A stretch of 38,007 nucleotides of DNA, taken from the NCBI GenBank assembly GCA_041747555.1, contig JBGTEY010000011.1:184274-222280 (forward strand), given 5' to 3'. The stretch comes from Patescibacteria group bacterium (GTDB lineage: Bacteria > Patescibacteriota > Microgenomatia > UBA1400 > PJMF01). Below are positions 1-11,410 of this stretch, in pieces (position 1 is the stretch's first letter; the number at the start of each line of letters is the position of its first letter). The notes beneath the pieces were generated by a model. It made no database searches. It had not been told where the DNA came from and saw nothing but the letters and a program-made list of their open reading frames with translations. A program made the translations under genes and the position numbers.

Positions 1-2203
1 AAAGAATACCGCCAAATGTCCAGTTTCCAGAAAAAGTGCCGTCTGCGATGGTGTTGGCGCCAAGGTCGAGTGTTCCAGAGTTAAGTGACGCAGTTCCATC
101 GGTGATGGTGCCACCAGTGATGGTACTAGAGGCGGTAATTGCACCCAATACGTCAAGAGGAACACTTGGTGTGGCAGTGCCTATACCCACATTTCCATTT
201 CCGCGAATCGTTAAGAAATCTGCTCCACTATCACCAACCTGAAAAACCTCGTCGGTAGCCCCAAGATCAGCAGTTGACTTGAGCGAAATTGCCTCTGTGG
301 TAGTGTTGCCCGCTACTGCATCAGATTGGATAATAAACCGAGTGCCACCAAAAGTAATTGCTGCAGTAGAATCAACGGTGAATGCTCCCGCAAGGTCAAT
401 GTCAAAGGCCCCCGCCACCAACTCAAGACGATTGTCGGTCGTTTCGTCATATAAAAGCGTGGCATCGTTGCTTGCTCCTAAAATAACCCCCGTATCATCT
501 CCCAAGTACACGCCTGCGACTTTATTTGCTCCATCACTCGTGCTGTTACCGAGCGTTTCACCACCCGCTGGATACAGGTATGTTCCGCCATCGGTCCAGA
601 GACTTCCACCTAACGAACTAAAGTCAGTAATACAATTTGTTTCACCATCTCCAGTACAAAATTGAGTAGCTTCGATCGTCCCGTCAGAAACAGCCGTGCC
701 AAAAGTACTTATTCCACTCGAGACAAAAATATCACCTGCTACATCAAGTTCTGCCCCTGGTGTGATAGTGCCAATACCGATCCTGTCAGCACTCCCATCA
801 ACAAAAAGAGTGCCACTATCGATTGAAATATCATTTGTTCCAAGCGCTGCCGCCAGAGTACTTCCTGAGAATGAGAAGATGACATCGTTGTCTGTGCCAA
901 AAGTTGCAGGCGCTGAATCAGCCAGGTATATCCCCGCAATCTTATTTGCTCCACCAGATGTGTTGTTGCCTAAAAATTCTCCAGTTGTTGGATACACATA
1001 GGCACCAGGATCTGTCCACTTAGATCCTCCACTCCCGAAAGAACTGAAGTCGGTCACACAGTTAGTCTCTCCATCTCCAGTACAAAATTGAGTAGCTTCG
1101 ATCGTCCCATCAGAAACAGCCGTGCCAAACAAACTTAATCCACCAGATATCCGCACATCGCCAACCACATCGAGTTTAGAACCTGGCGAAGCAGTTCCCA
1201 ACCCAACTGAGTCAGTTATGGTGTCGAGTCGAACAGTAGTGCCATCATCAACAAATCCAGAGCCACCGACACTTGAGCTTATGGTCAAAGTAGAACCATC
1301 AGAACTTAAACTCACCCCACTCCCAGCAGCAATGGTAAACGAATCATCATTTGACCCCGCATCAATCGTCGTGCTTCCCGTAATCAGAACCGATCCAAAA
1401 AATTCTTGTGCAGAACCTGGGTCATCGTTGGAAATGGTCACCTCCTGTGTGCCTGAAATACTAATTCCATCACCTGCTGTGATCGAGTAAACGACGTTGG
1501 GAGCGGTTAAATCGCCTGTAAGCACCAGCGTGCTATTGACTGTGGTCGCGCCATTGAGTGTCGTTATCCCTGCAGTGGTCAAGTCGCCCGATATAATTGC
1601 GTCACCGAGTAAATTTGAAACACCACCAACAGTCAGCTCGCCTGCTAGGTCGACCGGGCCCGCTGCTGTCACTGCGCCCGTTAAGTTTGTGGTTCCAGCT
1701 ACATCCAAATCTGAATCAAGCCTCACGTCGCCCGCAACGTCAAGAATATCGCTCAACGATACAACACCGCCAACGCTCAGCGAATCCTCAAGTGCAAACG
1801 GTCCGTTAAAGGTCGCAACACCGCTGACCTCGAGAGTATCGTTAAAAACAACAGGGCCACCAACCTCAAGACTGTCAGATAAAATAATTCCGACACCCTC
1901 AACAGTGTCCCTAAAAATGGTTCGAATTCGAATTACTAAGCTATTTTCTTCTCCATCCTGCACACCTTTCACTTGTCCAGTCGCAACAGTGCCTCCCACA
2001 GAGTTAACATCTTGACGAGAATTACCAGTACTGCTGTCAGCAAGTTCTTTGAGGTTTATACCACTCTTGAGAGAAGTTTTAGCTCCATCTTGACCTGAAC
2101 CCAAGTAGGTAAACAACTGGTATCCACCGTACGCAAAAATAAGCCCTGCAATACAAATCAGGGCCACCCTTCGCCATCCAATACGAGTGACCAATTTCCC
2201 CAT
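1..2203 (-). CDS. Large membrane-anchored surface fibre/adhesin-like protein with beta-helix and GIGT repeats (3' end runs off the window)
   Basis: Translated by hand: ATG at 2203, open for 734 codons to the left edge, and absent from the ORF track because it has no stop. It begins MGKLVTRIGWRRVALICIAGLIFAYGGYQLF (TM anchor), then 6/12-residue repeats (LEVGGPVVFNDT-LEVSGVATFNGP...LDVAGDVRLDSD-LDVAGTTNLTGA). Three (V/I)G(I/L)GTxxP-xx-LDVxG motifs follow, typical of phage tail-fibre-like and CPR giant proteins. Confidence 0.85.
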   Translation of the reverse strand, partial: MGKLVTRIGWRRVALICIAGLIFAYGGYQLFTYLGSGQDGAKTSLKSGINLKELADSSTGNSRQDVNSVGGTVATGQVKGVQDGEENSLVIRIRTIFRDTVEGVGIILSDSLEVGGPVVFNDTLEVSGVATFNGPFALEDSLSVGGVVSLSDILDVAGDVRLDSDLDVAGTTNLTGAVTAAGPVDLAGELTVGGVSNLLGDAIISGDLTTAGITTLNGATTVNSTLVLTGDLTAPNVVYSITAGDGISISGTQEVTISNDDPGSAQEFFGSVLITGSTTIDAGSNDDSFTIAAGSGVSLSSDGSTLTISSSVGGSGFVDDGTTVRLDTITDSVGLGTASPGSKLDVVGDVRISGGLSLFGTAVSDGTIEATQFCTGDGETNCVTDFSSFGSGGSKWTDPGAYVYPTTGEFLGNNTSGGANKIAGIYLADSAPATFGTDNDVIFSFSGSTLAAALGTNDISIDSGTLFVDGSADRIGIGTITPGAELDVAGDIFVSSGISTFGTAVSDGTIEATQFCTGDGETNCITDFSSLGGSLWTDGGTYLYPAGGETLGNSTSDGANKVAGVYLGDDTGVILGASNDATLLYDETTDNRLELVAGAFDIDLAGAFTVDSTAAITFGGTRFIIQSDAVAGNTTTEAISLKSTADLGATDEVFQVGDSGADFLTIRGNGNVGIGTATPSVPLDVLGAITASSTITGGTITDGTASLNSGTLDLGANTIADGTFSGNWTFGGIL
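645..1129. repeat. Intragenic direct repeat: 59-nt copies at 645-703 and 1071-1129, part of a ~142-aa tandem module
   Basis: The sequence ccatctccagtacaaaattgagtagcttcgatcgtccc(g/a)tcagaaacagccgtgccaaa occurs twice with one mismatch, 426 nt apart. It encodes FGTAVSDGTIEATQFCTGDG on the minus strand. Confidence 0.95.
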
Positions 2204-2383
2204 GTGTCTATACTAGAGTGTTTCAGATAAAAAATGGAGACAAATAAAAAGCGAAATTAGTGGACGTATATATATCAAATGATTGCATTGAGTAACTTAT
2301 GTACTCTGATAAACTCACTTCCAATTGAGTCTGGAGTGAGCTAAGATAGTATCTGTAACGAAAACATCGAGTACAACCTGCCT

Positions 2384-3205
2384 ATGCCCGAAACAACTAT
2401 CAGAGCAATTTTGCGTGTGGTTGGGACTTTTGCCGTCTCGACGATACTACTGCTTGCACACTCTCCCCCAAATCAAGTGCAATCTCAATCTATTGACGAA
2501 TTTGGTGTTGCCCACCACCTGTCCGTGGTCAGTGACGAAGAGCTTCTGGACGGGATGGTTGTTTCACAACGGGATAATCAATACATCGTTTCTGATGAGC
2601 CCTATGACAAAAACATGCTTGGGGTTGTCAATCTGGTTCCCACTGTCGAGGTAACAACGAGTGGTGATGACACAACAACACCCGTTATCTCTGCTGGAAC
2701 AGTGTTGGTCAGGGTGAATGGCCAATCAGGACCCATTGAGATTGGAAATCGCCTCACCACTTCAGAAACACCTGGCGAGGCCATGAGAGCAAACCGCTCA
2801 GGCTTCACCCTCGGAATCGCAGAGGAAGTATTTGCAGCATCAACTCCAGACGAAGTCGGCGTGATAAAGGTAAAATTAGATATCAAATTCACGTTTGCCG
2901 AAGACTCGCCCAATTCAGAAAGAATCTCCGCCCGACTGCTCGATTTGGTTAGTTTGAGTGCGATAGCTGCACTTGAAGAACCAAAGGAAATCTTGCAGTA
3001 TGTAATTGGGGGAATAACGCTGCTTGGATCGGTGACGATTGGATTTTTCAGTTTCACCAGAACTGCCCAGAAAGGCATCGATGCCCTGGGGAGAAATCCA
3101 CTCGCCAGAAACAGCATTTCCTTCAGTATTTTTGCTAATATCGGCATTAGCTTTGTAATTATTGCCGCAGGAATAGCGGGCGCGTACTTCGTAATCACGC
3201 TATAA
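2384..3205 (+). CDS. ATP synthase subunit-c-like membrane hairpin fused to a signal peptide and an extracellular fibre-associated beta domain
   Basis: The N-terminus is signal-like. The middle domain reads YDKNMLGVV...PVISAGTVLVRVNGQSGPIEIGNRLTTSETPGEAMRA...GFTLGIAEEVF. The C-terminus is TM-(GIDALGRNPLARNS)-TM, matching the subunit c loop EAIARQPEA. It is the first gene of the atp-like cluster. Confidence 0.7.
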   Translation: MPETTIRAILRVVGTFAVSTILLLAHSPPNQVQSQSIDEFGVAHHLSVVSDEELLDGMVVSQRDNQYIVSDEPYDKNMLGVVNLVPTVEVTTSGDDTTTPVISAGTVLVRVNGQSGPIEIGNRLTTSETPGEAMRANRSGFTLGIAEEVFAASTPDEVGVIKVKLDIKFTFAEDSPNSERISARLLDLVSLSAIAALEEPKEILQYVIGGITLLGSVTIGFFSFTRTAQKGIDALGRNPLARNSISFSIFANIGISFVIIAAGIAGAYFVITL

Positions 3206-3208
3206 TTT

Positions 3209-3889
3209 ATGATTTCACTCGAGACAATGTACTTTCTAGCGTTACTGTTTGTCCTCGTACTCGAATTGGTATTTGCCGTAACTCTTTTTATGATTAAAAA
3301 GACGTTCGACAAAGAGCGAAAATCTTACTCACAACTTTTTGAGGCAACACGCAGTCATTTGACAGAAATCGTCAGTGAAGCCACCGAACAATCCAAAACC
3401 ACCGTCCAGCACACCATGGACACCCACGATCGCATCCTCAGAGACCTCGATCATCTTTCAACAGCTCTTGAGAAAAAGACAGAATTAATCGTACAAAACA
3501 TGTCTGCCTGGGAAAAAGACACCATCCAGACGCAACTCACCACCTACAGTGATACCCTTTCCAAAGAAACGCAAAATAGCGTCCTCACCCTCAAGGCAAC
3601 GGTTACCGATCAAATTCAAAAACTCGATCAAGAAATAGCCCATACCATACGGGACACACAACAACAACTCAAGCTATCAATGAAAGATGCATTTGCAGCC
3701 AGTCAGCAAGAAATGGTCAAGTATCAGCAACAAAAAATACAAGAGCTCGAGTCTGAGGTCAATACGATTGTGAATCGAGTTGCGCGCGAAGTCTTGGCCA
3801 AAAATCTTGATGGCACAGATCAGCATGAACTTACCAAAAATCTCTTACAAAAAGCACTTCAAGAAGGTGAGTTTTCTGATGATGCCTAA
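3209..3889 (+). CDS. atpF: F-type ATPase subunit b-like peripheral stalk protein
   Basis: Single N-terminal TM helix and a long Q/E/K/T-rich coiled coil. The C-terminus VNRVAREVLAKNLDGTDQHELTKNLL resembles the end of subunit b. It sits between the c-like and delta-like genes. Confidence 0.7.
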   Translation: MISLETMYFLALLFVLVLELVFAVTLFMIKKTFDKERKSYSQLFEATRSHLTEIVSEATEQSKTTVQHTMDTHDRILRDLDHLSTALEKKTELIVQNMSAWEKDTIQTQLTTYSDTLSKETQNSVLTLKATVTDQIQKLDQEIAHTIRDTQQQLKLSMKDAFAASQQEMVKYQQQKIQELESEVNTIVNRVAREVLAKNLDGTDQHELTKNLLQKALQEGEFSDDA

Positions 3890-4379
3890 CCCAAACCAAA
3901 ACACTAGTCTCACCGACCAAGAACTCAGCTCGGTAGTTATGACAACGCAGGATCGTGTGCAACTAATAACCGCGCTTGATGCATTTGAAAAAAGTCTCTT
4001 CGCTCCTGGTCGTGCTCCAGAATTTAGAAATCAATTACAGCAATTGCCCGCTGACTTTTCAGTCATTATCAAAAAAGCAATTGCTCCGGCGACACAAGCA
4101 GGCCAAAATCCCTCACCCACCCTTATCTCTGACCTTCTCAAGAAAACTAGAGATCAACTCGACACACTGCCCATTGCCACTTTGCTCCTGGCGTATCGAC
4201 CGACTGTTGTGCAAGTCAGAGAACTTGCGACGTTTTTGCGCGGAGCGGTTAGCGATACCATCCTCCTGTCTCTCAAGTATGAACCTGCAATTGTTGGTGG
4301 CTTTATCCTCGAGTGTAACGGGCGAAAAACGAGCTTTACTATTGACCGCTTTCTCAACCAGCTCACCAAAACTGAATAA
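3879..4379 (+). CDS. atpH: F-type ATPase subunit delta-like protein
   Basis: C-terminal LSLKYEPAIVGGFILECNGRK matches the delta/OSCP motif (VDPSLIGGxxIxxGD). The likely start is ATG 3879 or 3882, after gaaggtga and overlapping the atpF stop, rather than 3780. Confidence 0.7.
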   Translation: MMPNPNQNTSLTDQELSSVVMTTQDRVQLITALDAFEKSLFAPGRAPEFRNQLQQLPADFSVIIKKAIAPATQAGQNPSPTLISDLLKKTRDQLDTLPIATLLLAYRPTVVQVRELATFLRGAVSDTILLSLKYEPAIVGGFILECNGRKTSFTIDRFLNQLTKTE

Positions 4380-4384
4380 CGATT

Positions 4385-5872
4385 ATGAGTACCACTACTG
4401 CCCACTACAAAAAAGCTACGGATGAATACGCCATTGTTGCCGAAGTCCATCACCCGCTCGTTCGAGCAGAAGGCTTCACCGATATTTTGCCTGGTGAGGT
4501 GGTGATTTTTGAAAATGGACAGTTGGGACAAATTCTTTCTTTCAACTCAGATGGTATTGATATTTCTGTTTTTTCTACAAAACCAGTCCGTCCAGGATCA
4601 GAAATCAGTAGAACACGCCAAAAATTGTCTTTTCCCATTCACAATCAAATGCTTGGCAACATGTATACACCGCTGGGAGAGCTCTTGAGTGATGCGCAAC
4701 CACAAAATTCAGCAAATATCACATTCATGCCTGTCGTCATCACCCCACCGCCGCTTCCTCGACGAGCACTCATTACAAAACAGTTTGCAACGGGGTTTGG
4801 ACTCACTGACCTCATGCTTCCACTCGGCCATGGACAGCGTGAGCTGCTCGCTGGCGATCGCAAATCGGGTAAAAGCGCATTTGTTAGACGACTTTCTGCT
4901 ACCCAAGCCAGGAACGGCACTAAGGTTGTGTACGCACTCATCGGTAAAAAAGTTGCTGAACTCAAGGAAACCTACAACTACCTTTCTCAAGCAGGAGCTA
5001 TGAAGGACACAGTCATTATTGCTACATCTGCTCGAGATGCTGTGAGCACAATAGCGCTCACACCATTCGCAGCCATGACCGTTGCCGAGGCACTCAGAGA
5101 TCAAGGTCATGACGTACTCGTTGTACTCGATCAATTATCAACACACGCAGAATTTTATCGAGAATTATCCCTGCTCGCGAGAAGATTTCCGGGAAGAGAT
5201 TCCTATCCCGGAGATATTTTTTATGTCCATGCGCAACTCCTAGAGCGTGCTGGCTGTTTTATTCATCCTACGGATCCCAATAAAAGCGTCTCGATCACCT
5301 GTCTTCCAATCGCGCGCACCACGAATAGTGACGTCACCGACTACATCACTTCTAACTTAATCAGTATTACCGATGGTCACTTACTTTTTGAGACAAAATT
5401 GTACTCACAAGGACAACAACCTGCGATAAATACGGCTTTATCAGTCACTCGTGTGGGGAAACAAACTCAGACGCCACTCCTAAGAGACATCAATCACGTC
5501 CTCACCAGTTTTATGTCACAATACAAAAAGGCACGGGGACTTACTCATCTTGCCAGCGAAGTCAGTGGAGAAACACAAGACATGCTCAAAAAAGGATCAG
5601 TCATTTTAGACTTTTTCTCTGAAATTGATGACTCTACTCTGCCAATTGTGGTGCAGCAAGTCATGGTTGCAATGATTTGGTCTGGCTGGTTCAATCAGTC
5701 TCACCGCGCAGAACTCCACTCTGCGCGCTTTAAACTCAACAAAGCGTATCAAGAAACTGAGGCAATTTCACAAACGCTCAACAAATTAGTAGCAGATAAT
5801 GAACGGTACACAACTTTTGTAACCGCCGTACAAGAACAAAAGGATTTACTCCTTAAAGCATGTCAGACATAA
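4385..5872 (+). CDS. atpA: Divergent F1 ATPase alpha subunit
   Basis: Motifs GQRELLAGDRKSGKS (Walker A), RRFPGRDSYPGDIFYVHAQLLERA, NLISITDG and SVTRVG (arginine finger). Confidence 0.92.
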   Translation: MSTTTAHYKKATDEYAIVAEVHHPLVRAEGFTDILPGEVVIFENGQLGQILSFNSDGIDISVFSTKPVRPGSEISRTRQKLSFPIHNQMLGNMYTPLGELLSDAQPQNSANITFMPVVITPPPLPRRALITKQFATGFGLTDLMLPLGHGQRELLAGDRKSGKSAFVRRLSATQARNGTKVVYALIGKKVAELKETYNYLSQAGAMKDTVIIATSARDAVSTIALTPFAAMTVAEALRDQGHDVLVVLDQLSTHAEFYRELSLLARRFPGRDSYPGDIFYVHAQLLERAGCFIHPTDPNKSVSITCLPIARTTNSDVTDYITSNLISITDGHLLFETKLYSQGQQPAINTALSVTRVGKQTQTPLLRDINHVLTSFMSQYKKARGLTHLASEVSGETQDMLKKGSVILDFFSEIDDSTLPIVVQQVMVAMIWSGWFNQSHRAELHSARFKLNKAYQETEAISQTLNKLVADNERYTTFVTAVQEQKDLLLKACQT

Positions 5873-6744
5873 AAGAACTTCACCAGCAAGAATCTTCACT
5901 CAACGTCATTGGTGAGTTTGTTTCTGCATACCAACGCCTGACAATCTACCAGATGCAGCGACGTCGCGAAGCAGTGCTTAATAATCGGGTGTATATGAGC
6001 GGTCTTTTAGATGCGTTCATTGATGTAAAAAAATCAGCTGCAGCGCTCTTTAAGGGAGGCGACACCAAGAGTAAAAATAAAGCATTAGAATTTTCTACTC
6101 TCGCCAAAAATGGTAAAAGTGCTGCAGTGTTTCTCTCATTTGAAACTAAATTTTCAGCAGAAACAGTTCGCAGGACCTTTGATTACTTTGCCGACGAAGT
6201 GCAAAAAAATAAAAATACAGATCTGGTAATCACTGGCGTGAGAGGAAAAATGCTGTTTACCCAGCGATTTCCCAAGTCGCAAGAATATACCTATTTTGAC
6301 CTCAAAGAATCAGATCTCACCAATGACATTCAAATTCCCATGATCAAACATCTGCTCTCGTATGAGCATGTTGAGGTGTATCATCCGTTTTTTGTGAGTA
6401 TTCTTCAGCAGAAACCGGTTTCAAATAATATTAATGGAGATATTCCGCTTGATGAAGTGGTACAACTTGATCGTCAGAAACGCAATTTTCTTTTTGAACC
6501 AAGTCGCAGACAAATTACTCATTTTTTTGAAATTCAAATTTTTGCCGCACTTTTTAATCAGAAATTAAAAGAAGCCCACCTAGCAACCCTTGCTTCAAGA
6601 ATCACCACCCTCCAGAGCACAGAACAAAATCTTGAGGAAGAGCGAAGCAAAGTTATGCTCAAAAAGACAAAGCTTGTTCGGGCACTCGAAAATAAAAAAC
6701 AACGAAATCGACTGGCAGGAATGTATTTTTGGCACCGAGCATAG
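5860..6744 (+). CDS. atpG: Divergent F1 ATPase gamma subunit
   Basis: 294 aa between alpha and beta, with N- and C-terminal coiled-coil helices. FLFEPS and EAHLATLASRITTLQSTEQNL correspond to the gamma motifs YxFEP and SEHxARMxAMxxATxNA. Confidence 0.8.
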   Translation: MSDIKELHQQESSLNVIGEFVSAYQRLTIYQMQRRREAVLNNRVYMSGLLDAFIDVKKSAAALFKGGDTKSKNKALEFSTLAKNGKSAAVFLSFETKFSAETVRRTFDYFADEVQKNKNTDLVITGVRGKMLFTQRFPKSQEYTYFDLKESDLTNDIQIPMIKHLLSYEHVEVYHPFFVSILQQKPVSNNINGDIPLDEVVQLDRQKRNFLFEPSRRQITHFFEIQIFAALFNQKLKEAHLATLASRITTLQSTEQNLEEERSKVMLKKTKLVRALENKKQRNRLAGMYFWHRA

Positions 6745-6751
6745 CATTTAA

Positions 6752-8825
<2,074 letters not shown>

Positions 8826-8829
8826 GCTA

Positions 8830-11298
8830 TCAGTCTATCACGACCAAACTCACAATTTTTCCCGGAACGTAGATTTGTTTTTTGATTTTTTTGTCACCAA
8901 TCCAGTGCTGAACACGCTCATTTTTGAGCGCTTCCTCGAGGACAAACGCCGTATCTTCTGATTGAACACGATCTATACTCAACTGTGCTCGAAGTTTGCC
9001 ATTCACCTGTACGGGTATACTCAATACGTCCTCTTTTGCCAACTCTTCATCGAATTCTGGCCATGATGATTCGTGGACTGATGCCTTGGGGTTGCTCTTG
9101 GCAGTTCCCTCGAGAACTTGATGCAATTCCTCACTGAGGAATGGAGCAAATGGTGCAAGAACTCGGATGAACTTCTTGGCAGACTCCTCGTCGAGCCCAG
9201 CTCCCTCTTTGGCGGCTGTTTCCCAAGTATTGACGCACTCCATGAGCTTGGCTATCGCAGTGTTGAACTTGAGCTTGGGAATATCTTCTGTTGTTTTTTG
9301 GATTGCTTGATGGAGCGCCTGAATAACATCACTTGAAGGAGTCTGACGCTGATCACCTTGATTGAGAGTAATCACTAGACGATGAATTCGATTTAAGAAT
9401 TTAAACACACCTGCCACCGCACTCACATCCCAAGGCTTATCTGACTCAAGTGGACCCATGAACATTTCATACACCCTCAAGGTATCTGCGCCAAATTTAT
9501 CGATGACGCTGTCAGGATTGATGACATTTCCCTTTGACTTACTCATTTTCTTATTGTCTGGTCCCAAGATCATCCCTTGATGTCGCATTTTGCTAAATGG
9601 CTCGTCAAATGAAATATATCCCTCGTCTCTGAGGAACTTGGTGAAAAAGCGCGCGTACAGCAAATGCAACACAATGTGCTCTGGACCGATCATGTATAAA
9701 TCAACTGGTAGCCATGCCGCCATCTGGTCTTTACTGGCAAACTCCTGCTCATTGCGCGCATCGGTGTACCGGAAAAAATACCAACTCGAGTCAACAAAGG
9801 TATCCATAGTGTCAAACTCGGGGCGCCAGCCCTTGCCATAGAGTTTCTCTGTTCTAGCGATGAATTCCTCTGATGAACGGAGTGGGGATTCGCCGGTTGG
9901 CTTGAAGTCGACGTCTTCAGGTAGTTTCCAGGGTAGGTGTTCTTCCTTGACGGGATGAGGATTTCCCTCTGGGTCATATACAATTGGAATTGGGGCTCCC
10001 CAATATCTTTGGCGCGAGATTAGCCAGTCTCGGAGGCGGTACGTTGTTTCTCTCTTCCCTATACCTTCCTCTTCGATCCAATCCAACATGTCTTCGATTA
10101 ACTCCTCGCTAATTTCTTTGCCAGTGAATTTACCGGAGTCAATTAAAATTCCTTGATTTGTGTGTGCATTAACGGGCCCATCAATTCCATCTATTCTCTC
10201 AACAACTTCCTTCAAAGGAATGTTATATTTTTCGGCAAATTCTACATCTCGAGGATCATGGCCAGAGCAACGGATAATACCTGTTCCAAAATCCATCAGA
10301 GCAAAGTTTGCTACCCAAACAGGCATGTCATTCCCAGAAAATGGATCATTTACATATCGTCCAGTAAAAACACCTTTCTTTTCGAATTTGTTTTCCAAAT
10401 GATCTTTCGAGGTTAGTTTGCGAGATTCTTCAACAAAATTCTTAACAGTAGTTTCATATTTTGTACCTTTTGCCATTTTTTCCACCAAAGGATGTTCAGG
10501 AGCTATGACAATAAATGTATCTGCGAATAGCCAAGCAGGATAAGCGCTAAAAGTATCCAACTGGAGGTTCGAATTTTTCATTTGATGATTGATAATGACT
10601 CCCTCTTTCTTCCCAATCCAGTTGAGCTGTTGTTGTTTCGTGGCTTGAGGCCAGTCGACTTTATCAAGACCAGAGATGAGCTCTTCAGTGTAATTGGTAA
10701 TCTTGAAGTACCATTGATCGAGTTCTTTTTGGGTGACCTCAGTATCACAGCGTTCGCAAAGACCGCTTACGACTTGTTCATTCGCGAGAACTGTTTGGCA
10801 GGAGGGGCACCAGTTAACTAGACCAGGTTTTTTGTGAGCAAGACCTTGATTGAAAAATTGAAGAAAAAGCCACTGTGTCCACTTGTAATACCCAGGGTGA
10901 CTGGTGGCAATTTCATTTTTCCAGTCATATGAGATAGCGAGCCGCTTAATTTGGCGTCTGAATGTGTTGATCGCCTTCTTGGTCGTCTCTGCGGGTGGAA
11001 CGCCAGTTTTTATTGCGTAGTTCTCTGCTGGAAGTCCAAATGCGTCCCAACCAACAGGAAAAAACACAGCTTTGCCGTGCATTCGATAAAATCGTGCCAA
11101 AATATCAAGCGCGGTTTTGCTTTCGACATGACCTACATGCAAACCCTGACCCGATGGATACGCGAATGCAAAGAGTAAAAACATCGCATCTTCTGGCGAT
11201 ACACTCAAGGCAGTCTTCTCTGTGCCCTGAAATAGCTCTCGCTTCTCCCAATAGTCCAGCCATTTAGTTTCAATCGCAGTTGTATTATAGAGTGACAT
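8830..11298 (-). CDS. leuS: Leucine--tRNA ligase
   Basis: Motifs YPSGQGLHVGH (HIGH), GWDAFGLPAENYAI, Zn site CPSC...CERC, RLRDWLISRQRYWG, DTMDTFVDSSWY, KMSKSKGN and C-terminal VQVNGKLR. Confidence 0.98.
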   Translation of the reverse strand: MSLYNTTAIETKWLDYWEKRELFQGTEKTALSVSPEDAMFLLFAFAYPSGQGLHVGHVESKTALDILARFYRMHGKAVFFPVGWDAFGLPAENYAIKTGVPPAETTKKAINTFRRQIKRLAISYDWKNEIATSHPGYYKWTQWLFLQFFNQGLAHKKPGLVNWCPSCQTVLANEQVVSGLCERCDTEVTQKELDQWYFKITNYTEELISGLDKVDWPQATKQQQLNWIGKKEGVIINHQMKNSNLQLDTFSAYPAWLFADTFIVIAPEHPLVEKMAKGTKYETTVKNFVEESRKLTSKDHLENKFEKKGVFTGRYVNDPFSGNDMPVWVANFALMDFGTGIIRCSGHDPRDVEFAEKYNIPLKEVVERIDGIDGPVNAHTNQGILIDSGKFTGKEISEELIEDMLDWIEEEGIGKRETTYRLRDWLISRQRYWGAPIPIVYDPEGNPHPVKEEHLPWKLPEDVDFKPTGESPLRSSEEFIARTEKLYGKGWRPEFDTMDTFVDSSWYFFRYTDARNEQEFASKDQMAAWLPVDLYMIGPEHIVLHLLYARFFTKFLRDEGYISFDEPFSKMRHQGMILGPDNKKMSKSKGNVINPDSVIDKFGADTLRVYEMFMGPLESDKPWDVSAVAGVFKFLNRIHRLVITLNQGDQRQTPSSDVIQALHQAIQKTTEDIPKLKFNTAIAKLMECVNTWETAAKEGAGLDEESAKKFIRVLAPFAPFLSEELHQVLEGTAKSNPKASVHESSWPEFDEELAKEDVLSIPVQVNGKLRAQLSIDRVQSEDTAFVLEEALKNERVQHWIGDKKIKKQIYVPGKIVSLVVID

Positions 11299-11361
11299 AA
11301 GCTTCCTTCTTGAGTGTGCACCAAGTAATTTCTTTTTCTACGTTTTTTTCGGTCTTCTTAC

Positions 11362-11383
11362 AAAAAAATCCCCTCTCGGGGAT
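11362..11383 (-). terminator. Intrinsic terminator (attenuator) upstream of leuS
   Basis: The minus strand reads ATCCCC-GAGA-GGGGAT running into a U-tract (7 T including the last stem base), about 65 nt upstream of the leuS start. Confidence 0.8.
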
Positions 11384-11410
11384 GTCATCAAGCACTCCCC
11401 TCACATTAAA

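Noticed and set aside
645-1129. Diversity-generating retroelement TR/VR pair
   Set aside because: There is only one mismatch, both copies are in frame within one gene, and no reverse transcriptase is in the window.
36-2015. Six + strand ORFs in the track (36-242, 279-665, 696-1001, 1122-1490, 1497-2015, 1597-1809)
   Set aside because: They are antisense shadows (most of them Pro/Ser/Val-rich) of the continuous minus-strand fibre ORF.
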